From the human T2T-CHM13v2.0 reference genome, Homo sapiens, in NCBI RefSeq assembly GCF_009914755.1, contig NC_060943.1: 64,000 bases of DNA; one strand, written 5' to 3'. This document shows, piece by piece, positions 16,424 to 28,490 of the stretch. A program made the position numbers and the translations under genes. A model generated the notes under the pieces. That model was not told the origin of the DNA. It worked only from the letters and a program-made list of their open reading frames with translations, and did no database searches. Each line of letters starts with the position of its first letter. The first letter of the stretch is position 1.

Positions 16424-16556
16424 GACGCGGCGGCTGCGGGGCCTGGGGCGGCGGTGCTGGAGGTTGCGTCGGCGGCGGCGGCGGCACAGCCAGAGGCGGC
16501 GGGTGGGAAGAGGACTGCCAGAGGGGCCTGCGGGAGACCCAGGGTCGGACCCATAG
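16416..16556 (+). CDS. Hypothetical 46-aa Arg-rich small ORF (one per unit); translation unproven
   Basis: ATG in aaaATGG context. Consensus from unit 3 (21481-21621): MAATRRLRGLGRRCWRLRRRRWRRSPRRRVGRGLPEGPAGDPGSDP*. Open in 18 of 19 units. It may be a by-product of the YY1 motif and CGG repeats. Confidence 0.2.
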   Translation: MAATRRLRGLGRRCWRLRRRRRRHSQRRRVGRGLPEGPAGDPGSDP

Positions 16557-18224
16557 GAGTCCTGTGGTGAGGACCTCCTTGATCGCTCTTCTGCTTCGGT
16601 TCCCGCTGAAGGAGGAGTTTCGGGATGCCGGCTGGGCTGCGCGGACTCCTCTTGGGGTCCGATGATGGATCCAACCGGGTGATCGGGAATGGGGTTCCAA
16701 TGCAGTGAGGCCGAAAGGGTCTCGCCGGGGCACAGAAAGATCCCCAGGGCCGCAAGGCGTGCTGTCGGCTGCAAAGGCACCGACCCATGAGCCCACTGCC
16801 TCCCTCCCTCCTGGCAGGAGCAGGGGCCTGCCTTCATCTCCAAGGCCCGAGGGCTCCGGCATCCCGACGCGGCTTCCGGCGACACGGGCAAAGAGAGACA
16901 GAGGCGAGTCCGAGCTGGAGCCAGCGTGTCCACATGTGGCACTGTCGTCCCCCAAGAGCACATGCAGGCAGCCTGTGTCTTTGAGGCTGTAGGGGGCGAC
17001 GACAAGACGGACAGTGATGTCCAGGCGTGCGCCCGGGGGGCCACTGGAGACCGGCCCCACAAAGCGAGGAAAAGCCAAGCGCACCTGAAAACCTGCGAGA
17101 CAGGGCCTGTGCGCGAGTCCACGCCACGTTCAGGGAGGCCCGCCAGAGGAGCCGAGAGGTTTGGACAAAGTACACCCCACCCCCAGCCCGCCGCCGGCTA
17201 GGTACCCCTGACGCAACCTCCCCTGCACCCAGCCAAAACCCAGTCCCGTTGGCTCCCTGACATCCGTGGCAGCCAAAAGATTCGGTGCTAGAAGGCACTT
17301 TCCCCAGGAGCGGAGGAACCGGTTGGCCCTCAAGAATCAGAGAGGAAGTGCAGGTGGGATGCAACACCGCCTTTCCTAGAAGGCCAATGTCAGGAGCGGT
17401 GGGCTTGCCTCCGCCTCTTCCTGGACCGAGCGTGCAGCCATCACTTGGGCCATGGAGACCGAGAGAGCTTCCCTGTCCCACACAGGTATGGAAGCCCAGA
17501 GCTCCAGGATCACCACAGCTGCCCAATCATCCAGAAAGAGGTGTGGAGAGGGAAACAATCATGACGCGGACCGCCACGAGGTTTCTCCCTGATGGACGGG
17601 GAAGTCTTGTTTGTGGAAGACACTGAGCCACGCTAAGAAGCCGCCAGGCTTCTCAGAGACGGGGCAGACACAGCAAGAGGGAGGTCAGAGCAGAGGCCAG
17701 AGCCCAGGCAGGATACGGGGGGGCCATGCCACCACCACCGGCATCCGGGGAGGAGTGTCAAACGGGTGACTCGGCCAGGAAGGCCAGCCTTTGAGAGACA
17801 GACATGCTTGCCCCATCCCCTTGCCGGCTTCCTTCTCCGTCCCTGCGTCGAGCTGTGGCTACATTTCTCGATGAGGGCAGAGGGCGACAGGCGTGACAAC
17901 CACCTTCTTGAAGCTCTGCGGGCACCCTCCTGCGGGTGGACAATGAGCGCCTGGGAGGCCGTTGTCCTTGGTTGGGGAGCGCTCGTCTGGATCCAGCCTA
18001 GCAAAGAGGCTGCTCCGGATGGGGAGGGGATGAAAACCCCTGCGGGTTCGACGCCGATGCCCACGTTGCCCAGGCCTTCACAGACCCCCAAACTGGAACT
18101 GCCGGGACCACGACTGCCAACCGGCCACACGACCCAGGCAGAGACGCGGGGAGAGGCTGACCAGAAGAAAGGCCGACGTGCAAGAAACCCACCCTCCGGC
18201 GCACAGGGCCCATGTGTCCCAAGG

Positions 18225-18279
18225 CGCACGCACACACAGACGGACAGAGACAGAAAGAGAGGGCGACCGAAAGAGCGAG

Positions 18280-18334
<55 letters not shown>

Positions 18335-18450
18335 GTGAGAGAGAGACAGAAGTCGGCACACAGACACGCACTGCGCGCGCACACACACAGACAAACACAC
18401 AGACGCATCCCCCCAACACACACACACACACCCATAACGAACACACACGT
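18225..18450. repeat. Compound (GA)n / (CG)(CA)n microsatellite block, present in each unit and the main source of unit length variation
   Basis: (GA)n at ~18295-18333, followed by 'gcactgcgcgcgcacacacacagac..' and (CA)7. The longest GA run is in unit 4 (~25897-25956); units 7 and 19 have a shortened block. Confidence 0.95.
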
Positions 18451-20825
18451 ACAGCAGGGAACACCCACCCGCAGGCAGCCCCTGAAGCTGCCGGGTTCTG
18501 CTCTCCGAGACTAAGAGCCACCGGTGAGAGAGCAGCCCACGGGCACACAGGCGGACCTGTGCTCGTCATCACAAGGGCTCCACTTTTGGGGAGACTCACC
18601 CGCACACCGTCCGCGCACGCCTGAGGCTGGGATCCCGCGCTGCCTCGCCGGCGATCTGTCTGAGGTTTCTTCCTCTTGGGGTTTCTTCCTGCTGGTGGAC
18701 CCTCAGCGAATCCCGGCCTCCGGAGACCGTCCTGGTAACTGCCCTGGCCAGGACTGGTCTCAGCCCAGACTCAGACGCACGATCACACAGGGCTCCTACT
18801 TCGCCAAGTGTCAGGGACCCATCCCCGGGCAACGATGGCTTTCACTTTGACCCAAGCGGCGGCTTGGGCCTCGCGCATGCGCACTGGCGAGGCCGACTCC
18901 CCCCGCTCCAGCCCCCCTTACTCCGCAGAGTCAGGCTGCGGACCCTTTAAAAAATGGCGGCGACGCGGCGGCTGCGGGGCCTGGGGCGGCGGTGCTGGAG
19001 GTTGCGGCGGCGGCGGTGGCGGCGCAGCCCGAGGCGGCGGGTGGGAAGAGGACTGCCAGAGGGGCCTGCGGGAGACCCAGGGTCGGACCCATAGGAGTCC
19101 TGTGGTGAGGACCTCCTTGATCGCTCTTCTGCTTCGGTTCCCGCGAAAGGAGGAGCTTCGGGATGCCGGCTGGGCTGCGCGGACTCCTCTTGGGGTCCGA
19201 TGATGGATCCAACCGGGTGATCGGGAATGGGGTTCCAATGCAGTGAGGCCGAAAGGGTCTCGCCGGGGCACAGAAAGATCCCCAGGGCCGCAAGGCGTGC
19301 TGTCGGCTGCAAAGGCACCGACCCATGAGCCCACTGCCTCCCTCCCTCCTGGCAGGAGCAGGGGCCTGCCTTCATCTCCAAGGCCCGAGGGCTCCGGCAT
19401 CCCGACGCGGCTTCCGGCGACACGGGCCAAGAGAGACAGAGGCGAGTCCGAGCTGGTGCCAGCGTGTCCACATGTGGCACTGTCGTCCCCCAAGAGCACA
19501 TGCAGGCAGCGTGTGTCTTTGAGGCCGTAGGGGGCGACGACGAGACGGACAGTGATGTCCAGGCGTGCGCCCGGGGGGCCACTGGAGACCTGCCCCACAA
19601 AGCGGAGGAAAAGCCAAGCGCACCTGAAAACCTGCGAGACAGGGCCTGTGCGCGAGTCCACGCCACGTTCAGGGAGGCCCGCCAGAGGAGCCGAGAGGTT
19701 TGGACAAAGTACACCCCACCCCCAGCCCGCCGCCGGCTAGGTACCCCTGACGCAACCTCCCCTGCACCCAGCCAAAACCCAGTCCCGTTGGCTCCCTGAC
19801 ATCCGTGGCAGCCAAAAGATTCGGTGCTAGAAGGCACTTTCCCCAGGAGCGGAGGAACCGGTTGGCCCTCAAGAATCAGAGAGGAAGTGCAGGTGGGATG
19901 CAACACCGCCTTTCCTAGAAGGCCAATGTCAGGAGCGGTGGGCTTGCCTCCGCCTCTTCCTGGACCGAGCGTGCAGCCATCACTTGGGCCATGGAGACCG
20001 AGAGAGCTTCCCTGTCCCACACAGGTATGGAAGCCCAGAGCTCCAGGATCACCACAGCTGCCCAATCATCCAGAAAGAGGTGTGGAGAGGGAAACAATCA
20101 TGACGCGGACCGCCACGAGGTTTCTCCCTGATGGACGGGGAAGTCTTGTTTGTGGAAGACACTGAGCCACGCTAAGAAGCCGCCAGGCTTCTCAGAGACG
20201 GGGCAGACACAGCAAGAGGGAGGTCAGAGCAGAGGCCAGAGCCCAGGCAGGATACGGGGGGGCCATGCCTCCACCACCGGCATCCGGGGAGGACTGTCAA
20301 ACGGGTGACTCGGCCAGGAAGGCCAGCCTTTGAGAGACAGACATGCTTGCCACCCCATCCCCTTGCCGGCTTCCTTCTCCGTCCCTGCGTCGAGCTGTGG
20401 CTACATTTCTCGATGAGGGCAGAGGGCGACAGGCGTGACAACCACCTTCTTGAAGCTCTGCGGGCACCTTCCTGCGGGTGGACAATGAGCGCCTGGGAGG
20501 CCGTTGTCCTTGGTTGGGGAGCGCTCGTCTGGATCCAGCCTAGCAAAGAGGCTGCTCCGGATGGGGAGGGGATGAAAACCCCTGCGGGTTCGACGCCGAT
20601 GCCCACGTTGCCCAGGCCTTCACAGACCCCCAAACTGGAACTGCTGGGACGACGACTGCCAACCGGCCACACGACCCAGGCAAAGACGCGGGGAGAGGCT
20701 GACCAGAAGAAAGGCCGACGTGCAAGAAACCCACCCTCCGGCGCACAGGGCACATGTGTCCCAAGGCGCACGCACACACAGACGGACAGAGACAGACAGA
20801 GAGGGCGACGGAAACAGCGAGAAGG

Positions 20826-20859
<34 letters not shown>

Positions 20860-23345
20860 GACGTGAGAGAGAGACAGAAGTCGGCACACAGACACGCACT
20901 GCGCGCGCACACACACAGACACACACACAGACGCATCCCCCCAACACACACACACACACCCATAACGAACACACACGTACAGCAGGGAACACCCACCCGC
21001 AGGCAGCCCCTGAAGCTGCCGGGTTCTGCTCTCCGCGACTAAGAGCCACCGGTGAGAGAGCAGCCCACGGGCACACAGGCGGACCTGTGCTCGTCATCAC
21101 AAGGGCTCCACTTTTGGGGAGACTCACCCGCACACCGTCCGCGCACGCCTGAGGCTGGGATGCCGCGCTGCCTCGCCGGCGATCTGTCTGAGTTTTCTTC
21201 CTCCTGGGGTTTCTTCCTGCTGGTGGACCCTCCGGGAATCCCGGCCTCCGGAGACCGTCCTGGTAACTGCCCTGGCCAGGACTGGTCTCAGCCCAGACTC
21301 AGACGCACGATCACACAGGGCTCCTACTTCGCCAAGTGTCAGGGACCCATCCCCGGGCAACGGTGGCTTTCACTGTGACGCAAGCGGCGGCTTGGGCCTC
21401 GCGCATGCGCACTGGCGAGGCCGACTCCACCGCTCCACGCCCCCTTACTCCGCAGAGTCAGGCTGCGGACCCTTTAAAAAATGGCGGCGACGCGGCGGCT
21501 GCGGGGCCTGGGGCGGCGGTGCTGGAGGTTGCGGCGGCGGCGGTGGCGGCGCAGCCCGAGGCGGCGGGTGGGAAGAGGACTGCCAGAGGGGCCTGCGGGA
21601 GACCCAGGGTCGGACCCATAGGAGTCCTGTGGTGAGGACCTCCTTGATCGCTCTTCTGCTTCGGTTCCCGCTGAAGGAGGAGCTTCGGGATGCCGGCTGG
21701 GCTGCGCGGACTCCTCTTGGGGTCCGATGATGGATCCAACCGGGTGATCGGGAATGGGGTTCCAATGCAGTGAGGCCGAAAGGGTCTCGCCGGGGCACAG
21801 AAAGATCCCCAGGGCCGCAAGGCGTGCTGTCGGCTGCAAAGGCACCGACCCATGAGCCCACTGCCTCCCTCCCTCCTGGCAGGAGCAGGGGCCTGCCTTC
21901 ATCTCCAAGGCCCGAGGGCTCCGGCATCCCGACGCGGCTTCCGGCGACACGGGCAAAGAGAGACAGAGGCGAGTCCGAGCTGGAGCCAGCGTGTCCACAT
22001 GTGGCACTGTCGTCCCCCAAGAGCACATGCAGGCAGCGTGTGTCTTTGAGGCCGTAGGGGGCGACGACGAGACGGACAGTGATGCCCAGGCGTGCGCCCG
22101 GGGGGCCACTGGAGACCTGCCCCACAAAGCGGAGGAAAAGCCAAGCGCACCTGAAAACCTGCGAGACAGGGCCTGTGCGCGAGTCCACGCCACGTTCAGG
22201 GAGGCCCGCCAGAGGAGCCGAGAGGTTTGGACAAAGTACACCCCACCCCCAGCCCGCCGCCGGCTAGGTACCCCTGACGCAACCTCCCCTGCACCCAGCC
22301 AAAACCCAGTCCCGTTGGCTCCCTGACATCCGTGGCAGCCAAAAGATTCGGTGCTAGAAGGCACTTTCCCCAGGAGCGGAGGAACCGGTTGGCCCTCAAG
22401 AATCAGAGAGGAAGTGCAGGTGGGATGCAACACCGCCTTTCCTAGAAGGCCAATGTCAGGAGCGGTGGGCTTGCCTCCGCCTCTTCCTGGACCGAGCGTG
22501 CAGCCATCACTTGGGCCATGGAGACCGAGAGAGCTTCCCTGTCCCACACAGGTATGGAAGCCCAGAGCTCCAGGATCACCACAGCTGCCCAATCATCCAG
22601 AAAGAGGTGTGGAGAGGGAAACAATCATGACGCGGACCGCCACGAGGTTTCTCCCTGATGGACGGGGAAGTCTTGTTTGTGGAAGACACTGAGCCACGCT
22701 AAGAAGCCGCCAGGCTTCTCAGAGACGGGGCAGACACAGCAAGAGGGAGGTCAGAGCAGAGGCCAGAGCCCAGGCAGGATACGGGGGGGCCATGCCACCA
22801 CCACCGGCATCCGGGGAGGAGTGTCAAACGGGTGACTCGGCCAGGAAGGCCAGCCTTTGAGAGACAGACATGCTTGCCCCATCCCCTTGCCGGCTTCCTT
22901 CTCCGTCCCTGCGTCGAGCTGTGGCTACATTTCTCGATGAGGGCAGAGGGCGACAGGCGTGACAACCACCTTCTTGAAGCTCTGCGGGCACCCTCCTGCG
23001 GGTGGACAATGAGCGCCTGGGAGGCCGTTGTCCTTGGTTGGGGAGCGCTCGTCTGGATCCAGCCTAGCAAAGAGGCTGCTCCGGATGGGGAGGGGATGAA
23101 AACCCCTGCGGGTTCGACGCCGATGCCCACGTTGCCCAGGCCTTCACAGACCCCCAAACTGGAACTGCCGGGACCACGACTGCCAACCGGCCACACGACC
23201 CAGGCAGAGACGCGGGGAGAGGCTGACCAGAAGAAAGGCCGACGTGCAAGAAACCCACCCTCCGGCGCACAGGGCCCATGTGTCCCAAGGCGCACGCACA
23301 CACAGACGGACAGAGACAGAAAGAGAGGGCGACCGAAAGAGCGAG

Positions 23346-23408
<63 letters not shown>

Positions 23409-25893
23409 GTGAGAGAGAGACAGAAGTCGGCACACAGACACGCACTGCGCGCGCACACACACAGACAAACACACAGACGCATCCCCCCAACACACACACA
23501 CACACCCATAACGAACACACACGTACAGCAGGGAACACCCACCCGCAGGCAGCCCCTGAAGCTGCCGGGTTCTGCTCTCCGAGACTAAGAGCCACCGGTG
23601 AGAGAGCAGCCCACGGGCACACAGGCGGACCTGTGCTCGTCATCACAAGGGCTCCACTTTTGGGGAGACTCACCCGCACACCGTCCGCGCACGCCTGAGG
23701 CTGGGATCCCGCGCTGCCTCGCCGGCGATCTGTCTGAGGTTTCTTCCTCTTGGGGTTTCTTCCTGCTGGTGGACCCTCAGCGAATCCCGGCCTCCGGAGA
23801 CCGTCCTGGTAACTGCCCTGGCCAGGACTGGTCTCAGCCCAGACTCAGACGCACGATCACACAGGGCTCCTACTTCGCCAAGTGTCAGGGACCCATCCCC
23901 GGGCAACGGTGGCTTTCACTTTGACCCAAGCGGCGGCTTGGGCCTCGCGCATGCGCACTGGCGAGGCCGACTCCCCCCGCTCCAGCCCCCCTTACTCCGC
24001 AGAGTCAGGCTGCGGACCCTTTAAAAAATGGCGGCGACGCGGCGGCTGCGGGGCCTGGGGCGGCGGTGCTGGAGGTTGCGGCGGCGGCGGTGGCGGCGCA
24101 GCCCGAGGCGGCGGGTGGGAAGAGGACTGCCAGAGGGGCCTGCGGGAGACCCAGGGTCGGACCCATAGGAGTCCTGTGGTGAGGACCTCCTTGATCGCTC
24201 TTCTGCTTCGGTTCCCGCGAAAGGAGGAGCTTCGGGATGCCGGCTGGGCTGCGCGGACTCCTCTCGGGGTCGGATGATGGATCCAACCGGGTGATCGGGA
24301 ATGGGGTTCCAATGCAGTGAGGCCGAAAGGGTCTCGCCGGGGCACAGAAAGATCCCCAGGGCCGCAAGGCGTGCTGTCGGCTGCAAAGGCACCGACCCAT
24401 GAGCCCACTGCCTCCCTCCCTCCTGGCAGGAGCAGGGGCCTGCCTTCATCTCCAAGGCCCGAGGGCTCCGGCATCCCGACGCGGCTTCCGGCGACACGGG
24501 CAAAGAGAGACAGAGGCGAGTCCGAGCTGGTGCCAGCGTGTCCACATGTGGCACTGTCGTCCCCCAAGAGCACATGCAGGCAGCGTGTGTCTTTGAGGCC
24601 GTAGGGGGCGACGACGAGACGGACAGTGATGTCCAGGCGTGCGCCCGGGGGGCCACTGGAGACCTGCCCCACAAAGCGGAGGAAAAGCCAAGCGCACCTG
24701 AAAACCTGCGAGACAGGGCCTGTGCGCGAGTCCACGCCACGTTCAGGGAGGCCCGCCAGAGGAGCCGAGAGGTTTGGACAAAGTACACCCCACCCCCAGC
24801 CCGCCGCCGGCTAGGTACCCCTGACGCAACCTCCCCTGCACCCAGCCAAAACCCAGTCCCGTTGGCTCCCTGACATCCGTGGCAGCCAAAAGATTCGGTG
24901 CTAGAAGGCACTTTCCCCAGGAGCGGAGGAACCGGTTGGCCCTCAAGAATCAGAGAGGAAGTGCAGGTGGGATGCAACACCGCCTTTCCTAGAAGGCCAA
25001 TGTCAGGAGCGGTGGGCTTGCCTCCGCCTCTTCCTGGACCGAGCGTGCAGCCATCACTTGGGCCATGGAGACCGAGAGAGCTTCCCTGTCCCACACAGGT
25101 ATGGAAGCCCAGAGCTCCAGGATCACCACAGCTGCCCAATCATCCAGAAAGAGGTGTGGAGAGGGAAACAATCATGACGCGGACCGCCACGAGGTTTCTC
25201 CCTGATGGACGGGGAAGTCTTGTTTGTGGAAGACACTGAGCCACGCTAAGAAGCCGCCAGGCTTCTCAGAGACGGGGCAGACACAGCAAGAGGGAGGTCA
25301 GAGCAGAGGCCAGAGCCCAGGCAGGATACGGGGGGGCCATGCCACCACCACCGGCATCCGGGGAGGAGTGTCAAACGGGTGACTCGGCCAGGAAGGCCAG
25401 CCTTTGAGAGACAGACATGCTTGCCCCATCCCCTTGCCGGCTTCCTTCTCCGTCCCTGCGTCGAGCTGTGGCTACATTTCTCGATGAGGGCAGAGGGCGA
25501 CAGGCGTGACAACCACCTTCTTGAAGCTCTGCGGGCACCCTCCTGCGGGTGGACAATGAGCGCCTGGGAGGCCGTTGTCCTTGGTTGGGGAGCGCTCGTC
25601 TGGATCCAGCCTAGCAAAGAGGCTGCTCCGGATGGGGAGGGGATGAAAACCCCTGCGGGTTCGACGCCGATGCCCACGTTGCCCAGGCCTTCACAGACCC
25701 CCAAACTGGAACTGCCGGGACGACGACTGCCAACCGGCCACACGACCCAGGCAGAGACGCGGGGAGAGGCTGACCAGAAGAAAGGCCGACGTGCAAGAAA
25801 CCCACCCTCCGGCGCACAGGGCACATGTGTCCCAAGGCGCACGCACACACAGACGGACAGAGACAGACAGAGAGGGCGACGGAAACAGCGAGA

Positions 25894-25957
<64 letters not shown>

Positions 25958-28458
25958 GTGAGAGAGAGACAGAAGTCGGCACACAGACACGCACTGCACG
26001 CGCACACACACAGACAAACACACACAGACACACACACAGACGCATCCCCCCAACACACACACACACACCCATAACGAACACACACGTACAGCAGGGAACA
26101 CCCACCCGCAGGCAGCCCCTGAAGCTGCCGGGTTCTGCTCTCCGAGACTAAGAGCCACCGGTGAGAGAGCAGCCCACGGGCACACAGGCGGACCTGTGCT
26201 CGTCATCACAAGGGCTCCACTTTTGGGGAGACTCACCCGCACACCGTCCGCGCACGCCTGAGGCTGGGATCCCGCGCTGCCTCGCCGGCGATCTGTCTGA
26301 GGTTTCTTCCTCTTGGGGTTTCTTCCTTCTGGTGGACCCTCCGCGAATCCCGGCCTCCGGAGACCGTCCTGGTAACTGCCCTGGCCAGGACTGGTCTCAG
26401 CCCAGACTCAGACGCACGATCACACAGGGCTCCTACTTCGCCAAGTGTCAGGGACCCATCCCCGGGCAACGGTGGCTTTCACTGTGACCCAAGCGGCGGC
26501 TTGGGCCTCGCGCATGCGCACTGGCGAGGCCGACTCCCCCGCTCCACCCCCACTTACTCCGCAGAGTCAGGCTGCGGACCCTTTAAAAAATGGCGGCGAC
26601 GCGGCGGCTGCGGGGCCTGGGGCGGCGGTGCTGGAGGTTGCGGCGGCGGCGGTGGCGGGGCAGCCCGAGGCGGCGGGTGGGAAGAGGACTGCCAGAGGGG
26701 CCTGCGGGAGACCCAGGGTCGGAAGCATAGGAGTCCTGTGGTGAGGACCTCCTTGATCGCTCTTCTGCTTCGGTTCCCGCGAAAGGAGGAGCTTCGGGAT
26801 GCCGGCTGGGCTGCGCGGACTCCTCTTGGGGTCCGATGATGGATCCAACCGGGTGATCGGGAATGGGGTTCCAATGCAGTGAGGCCGAAAGGGTCTCGCC
26901 GGGGCACAGAAAGATCCCCAGGGCCGCAAGGCGTGCTGTCGGCTGCAAAGGCACCGACCCATGAGCCCACTGCCTCCCTCCCTCCTGGCAGGAGCAGGGG
27001 CCTGCCTTCATCTCCAAGGCCCGAGGGCTCCGGCATCCCGACGCGGCTTCCGGCGACACGGGCAAAGAGAGACAGAGGCGAGTCCGAGCTGGTGCCAGTG
27101 TGTCCACATGTGGCACTGTCGTCCCCCAAGAGCACATGCAGGCAGCGTGTGTCTTTGAGACCGTAGGGGGCGACGACGAGACGGACAGTGATGTCCAGGC
27201 GTGCGCCCGGGGGGCCACTGGAGACCTGCCCCACAAAGCGGAGGAAAAGCCAAGCGCACCTGAAAACCTGCGAGACAGGGCCTGTGCGCGAGTCCACGCC
27301 ACGTTCAGGGAGGCCCGCCAGAGGAGCCGAGAGGTTTGGACAAAGTACACCCCACCCCCAGCCCGCCGCCGGCTAGGTACCCCTGACGCAACCTCCCCTG
27401 CACCCAGCCAAAACCCAGTCCCGTTGGCTCCCTGACATCCGTGGCAGCCAAAAGATTCGGTGCTAGAAGGCACTTTCCCCAGGAGCGGAGGAACCGGTTG
27501 GCCCTCAAGAATCAGAGAGGAAGTGCAGGTGGGATGCAACACCGCCTTTCCTAGAAGGCCAATGTCAGGAGCGGTGGGCTTGCCTCCGCCTCTTCCTGGA
27601 CCGAGCGTGCAGCCATCACTTGGGCCATGGAGACCGAGAGAGCTTCCCTGTCCCACACAGGTATGGAAGCCCAGAGCTCCAGGATCACCACAGCTGCCCA
27701 ATCATCCAGAAAGAGGTGTGGAGAGGGAAACAATCATGACGCGGACCGCCACGAGGTTTCTCCCTGATGGACGGGGAAGTCTTGTTTGTGGAAGACACTG
27801 AGCCACGCTAAGAAGCCGCCAGGCTTCTCAGAGACGGGGCAGACACAGCAAGAGGGAGGTCAGAGCAGAGGCCAGAGCCCAGGCAGGATACGGGGGGGCC
27901 ATGCCACCACCACCGGCATCCGGGGAGGACTGTCAAACGGGTGACTCGGCCAGGAAGGCCAGCCTTTGAGAGACAGACATGCTTGCCCCATCCCCTTGCC
28001 GGCTTCCTTCTCCATTCCTGCGTCGAGCTGTGGCTACATTTCTCGATGAGGGCAGAGGGCGACAGGCGTGACAACCACCTTCTTGAAGCTCTGCGGGCAC
28101 CCTCCTGCAGGTGGACAATGAGCGCCTGGGAGGCCGTTGTCCTTGGTTGGGGAGCGCTCGTCTGGATCCAGCCTAGCAAAGAGGCTGCTCCGGATGGGGA
28201 GGGGATGAAAACCCCTGCGGGTTCGACGCCGATGCCCACGTTGCCCAGGCCTTCACAGACCCCCAAACTGGAACTGCCGGGACGACGACTGCCAACCGGC
28301 CACACGACCCAGGCAGAGACGCGGGGAGAGGCTGACCAGAAGAAAGGCCGACGTGCAAGAAACCCACCCTCCGGCGCACAGGGCCCATGTGTCCCAAGGC
28401 GCACGCACACACAGACGGACAGAGACAGAAAGAGAGGGCGACCGAAAGAGCGAGAAGG

Positions 28459-28490
<32 letters not shown>

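Noticed and set aside
16795-16815. Possible PRDM9 13-mer near 'cctccctccctcctgg'
   Set aside because: Does not fit CCNCCNTNNCCNC exactly; a full PWM scan is needed before any claim.
17138-17156. CTCF-like 'ccgccagaggagcc' (also 'ctgccagaggggcc' at ~16515)
   Set aside because: Mismatches in the GGC core; such partial matches are common in GC-rich DNA. It needs a PWM scan and ChIP data.
17633-18624. ORFs with ERERER / SLSLSL / THTHT runs
   Set aside because: Translations of the GA/CA microsatellite; the frame changes from unit to unit with repeat length.
18947-20065. 372-aa minus-strand ORF (and the 247-aa ORF) repeated in most units
   Set aside because: Non-ATG starts, no recognisable domain, several overlapping open frames on both strands as expected for very GC-rich DNA, and frameshifted in units 1 and 17. 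Recurrence only reflects the tandem repeat.
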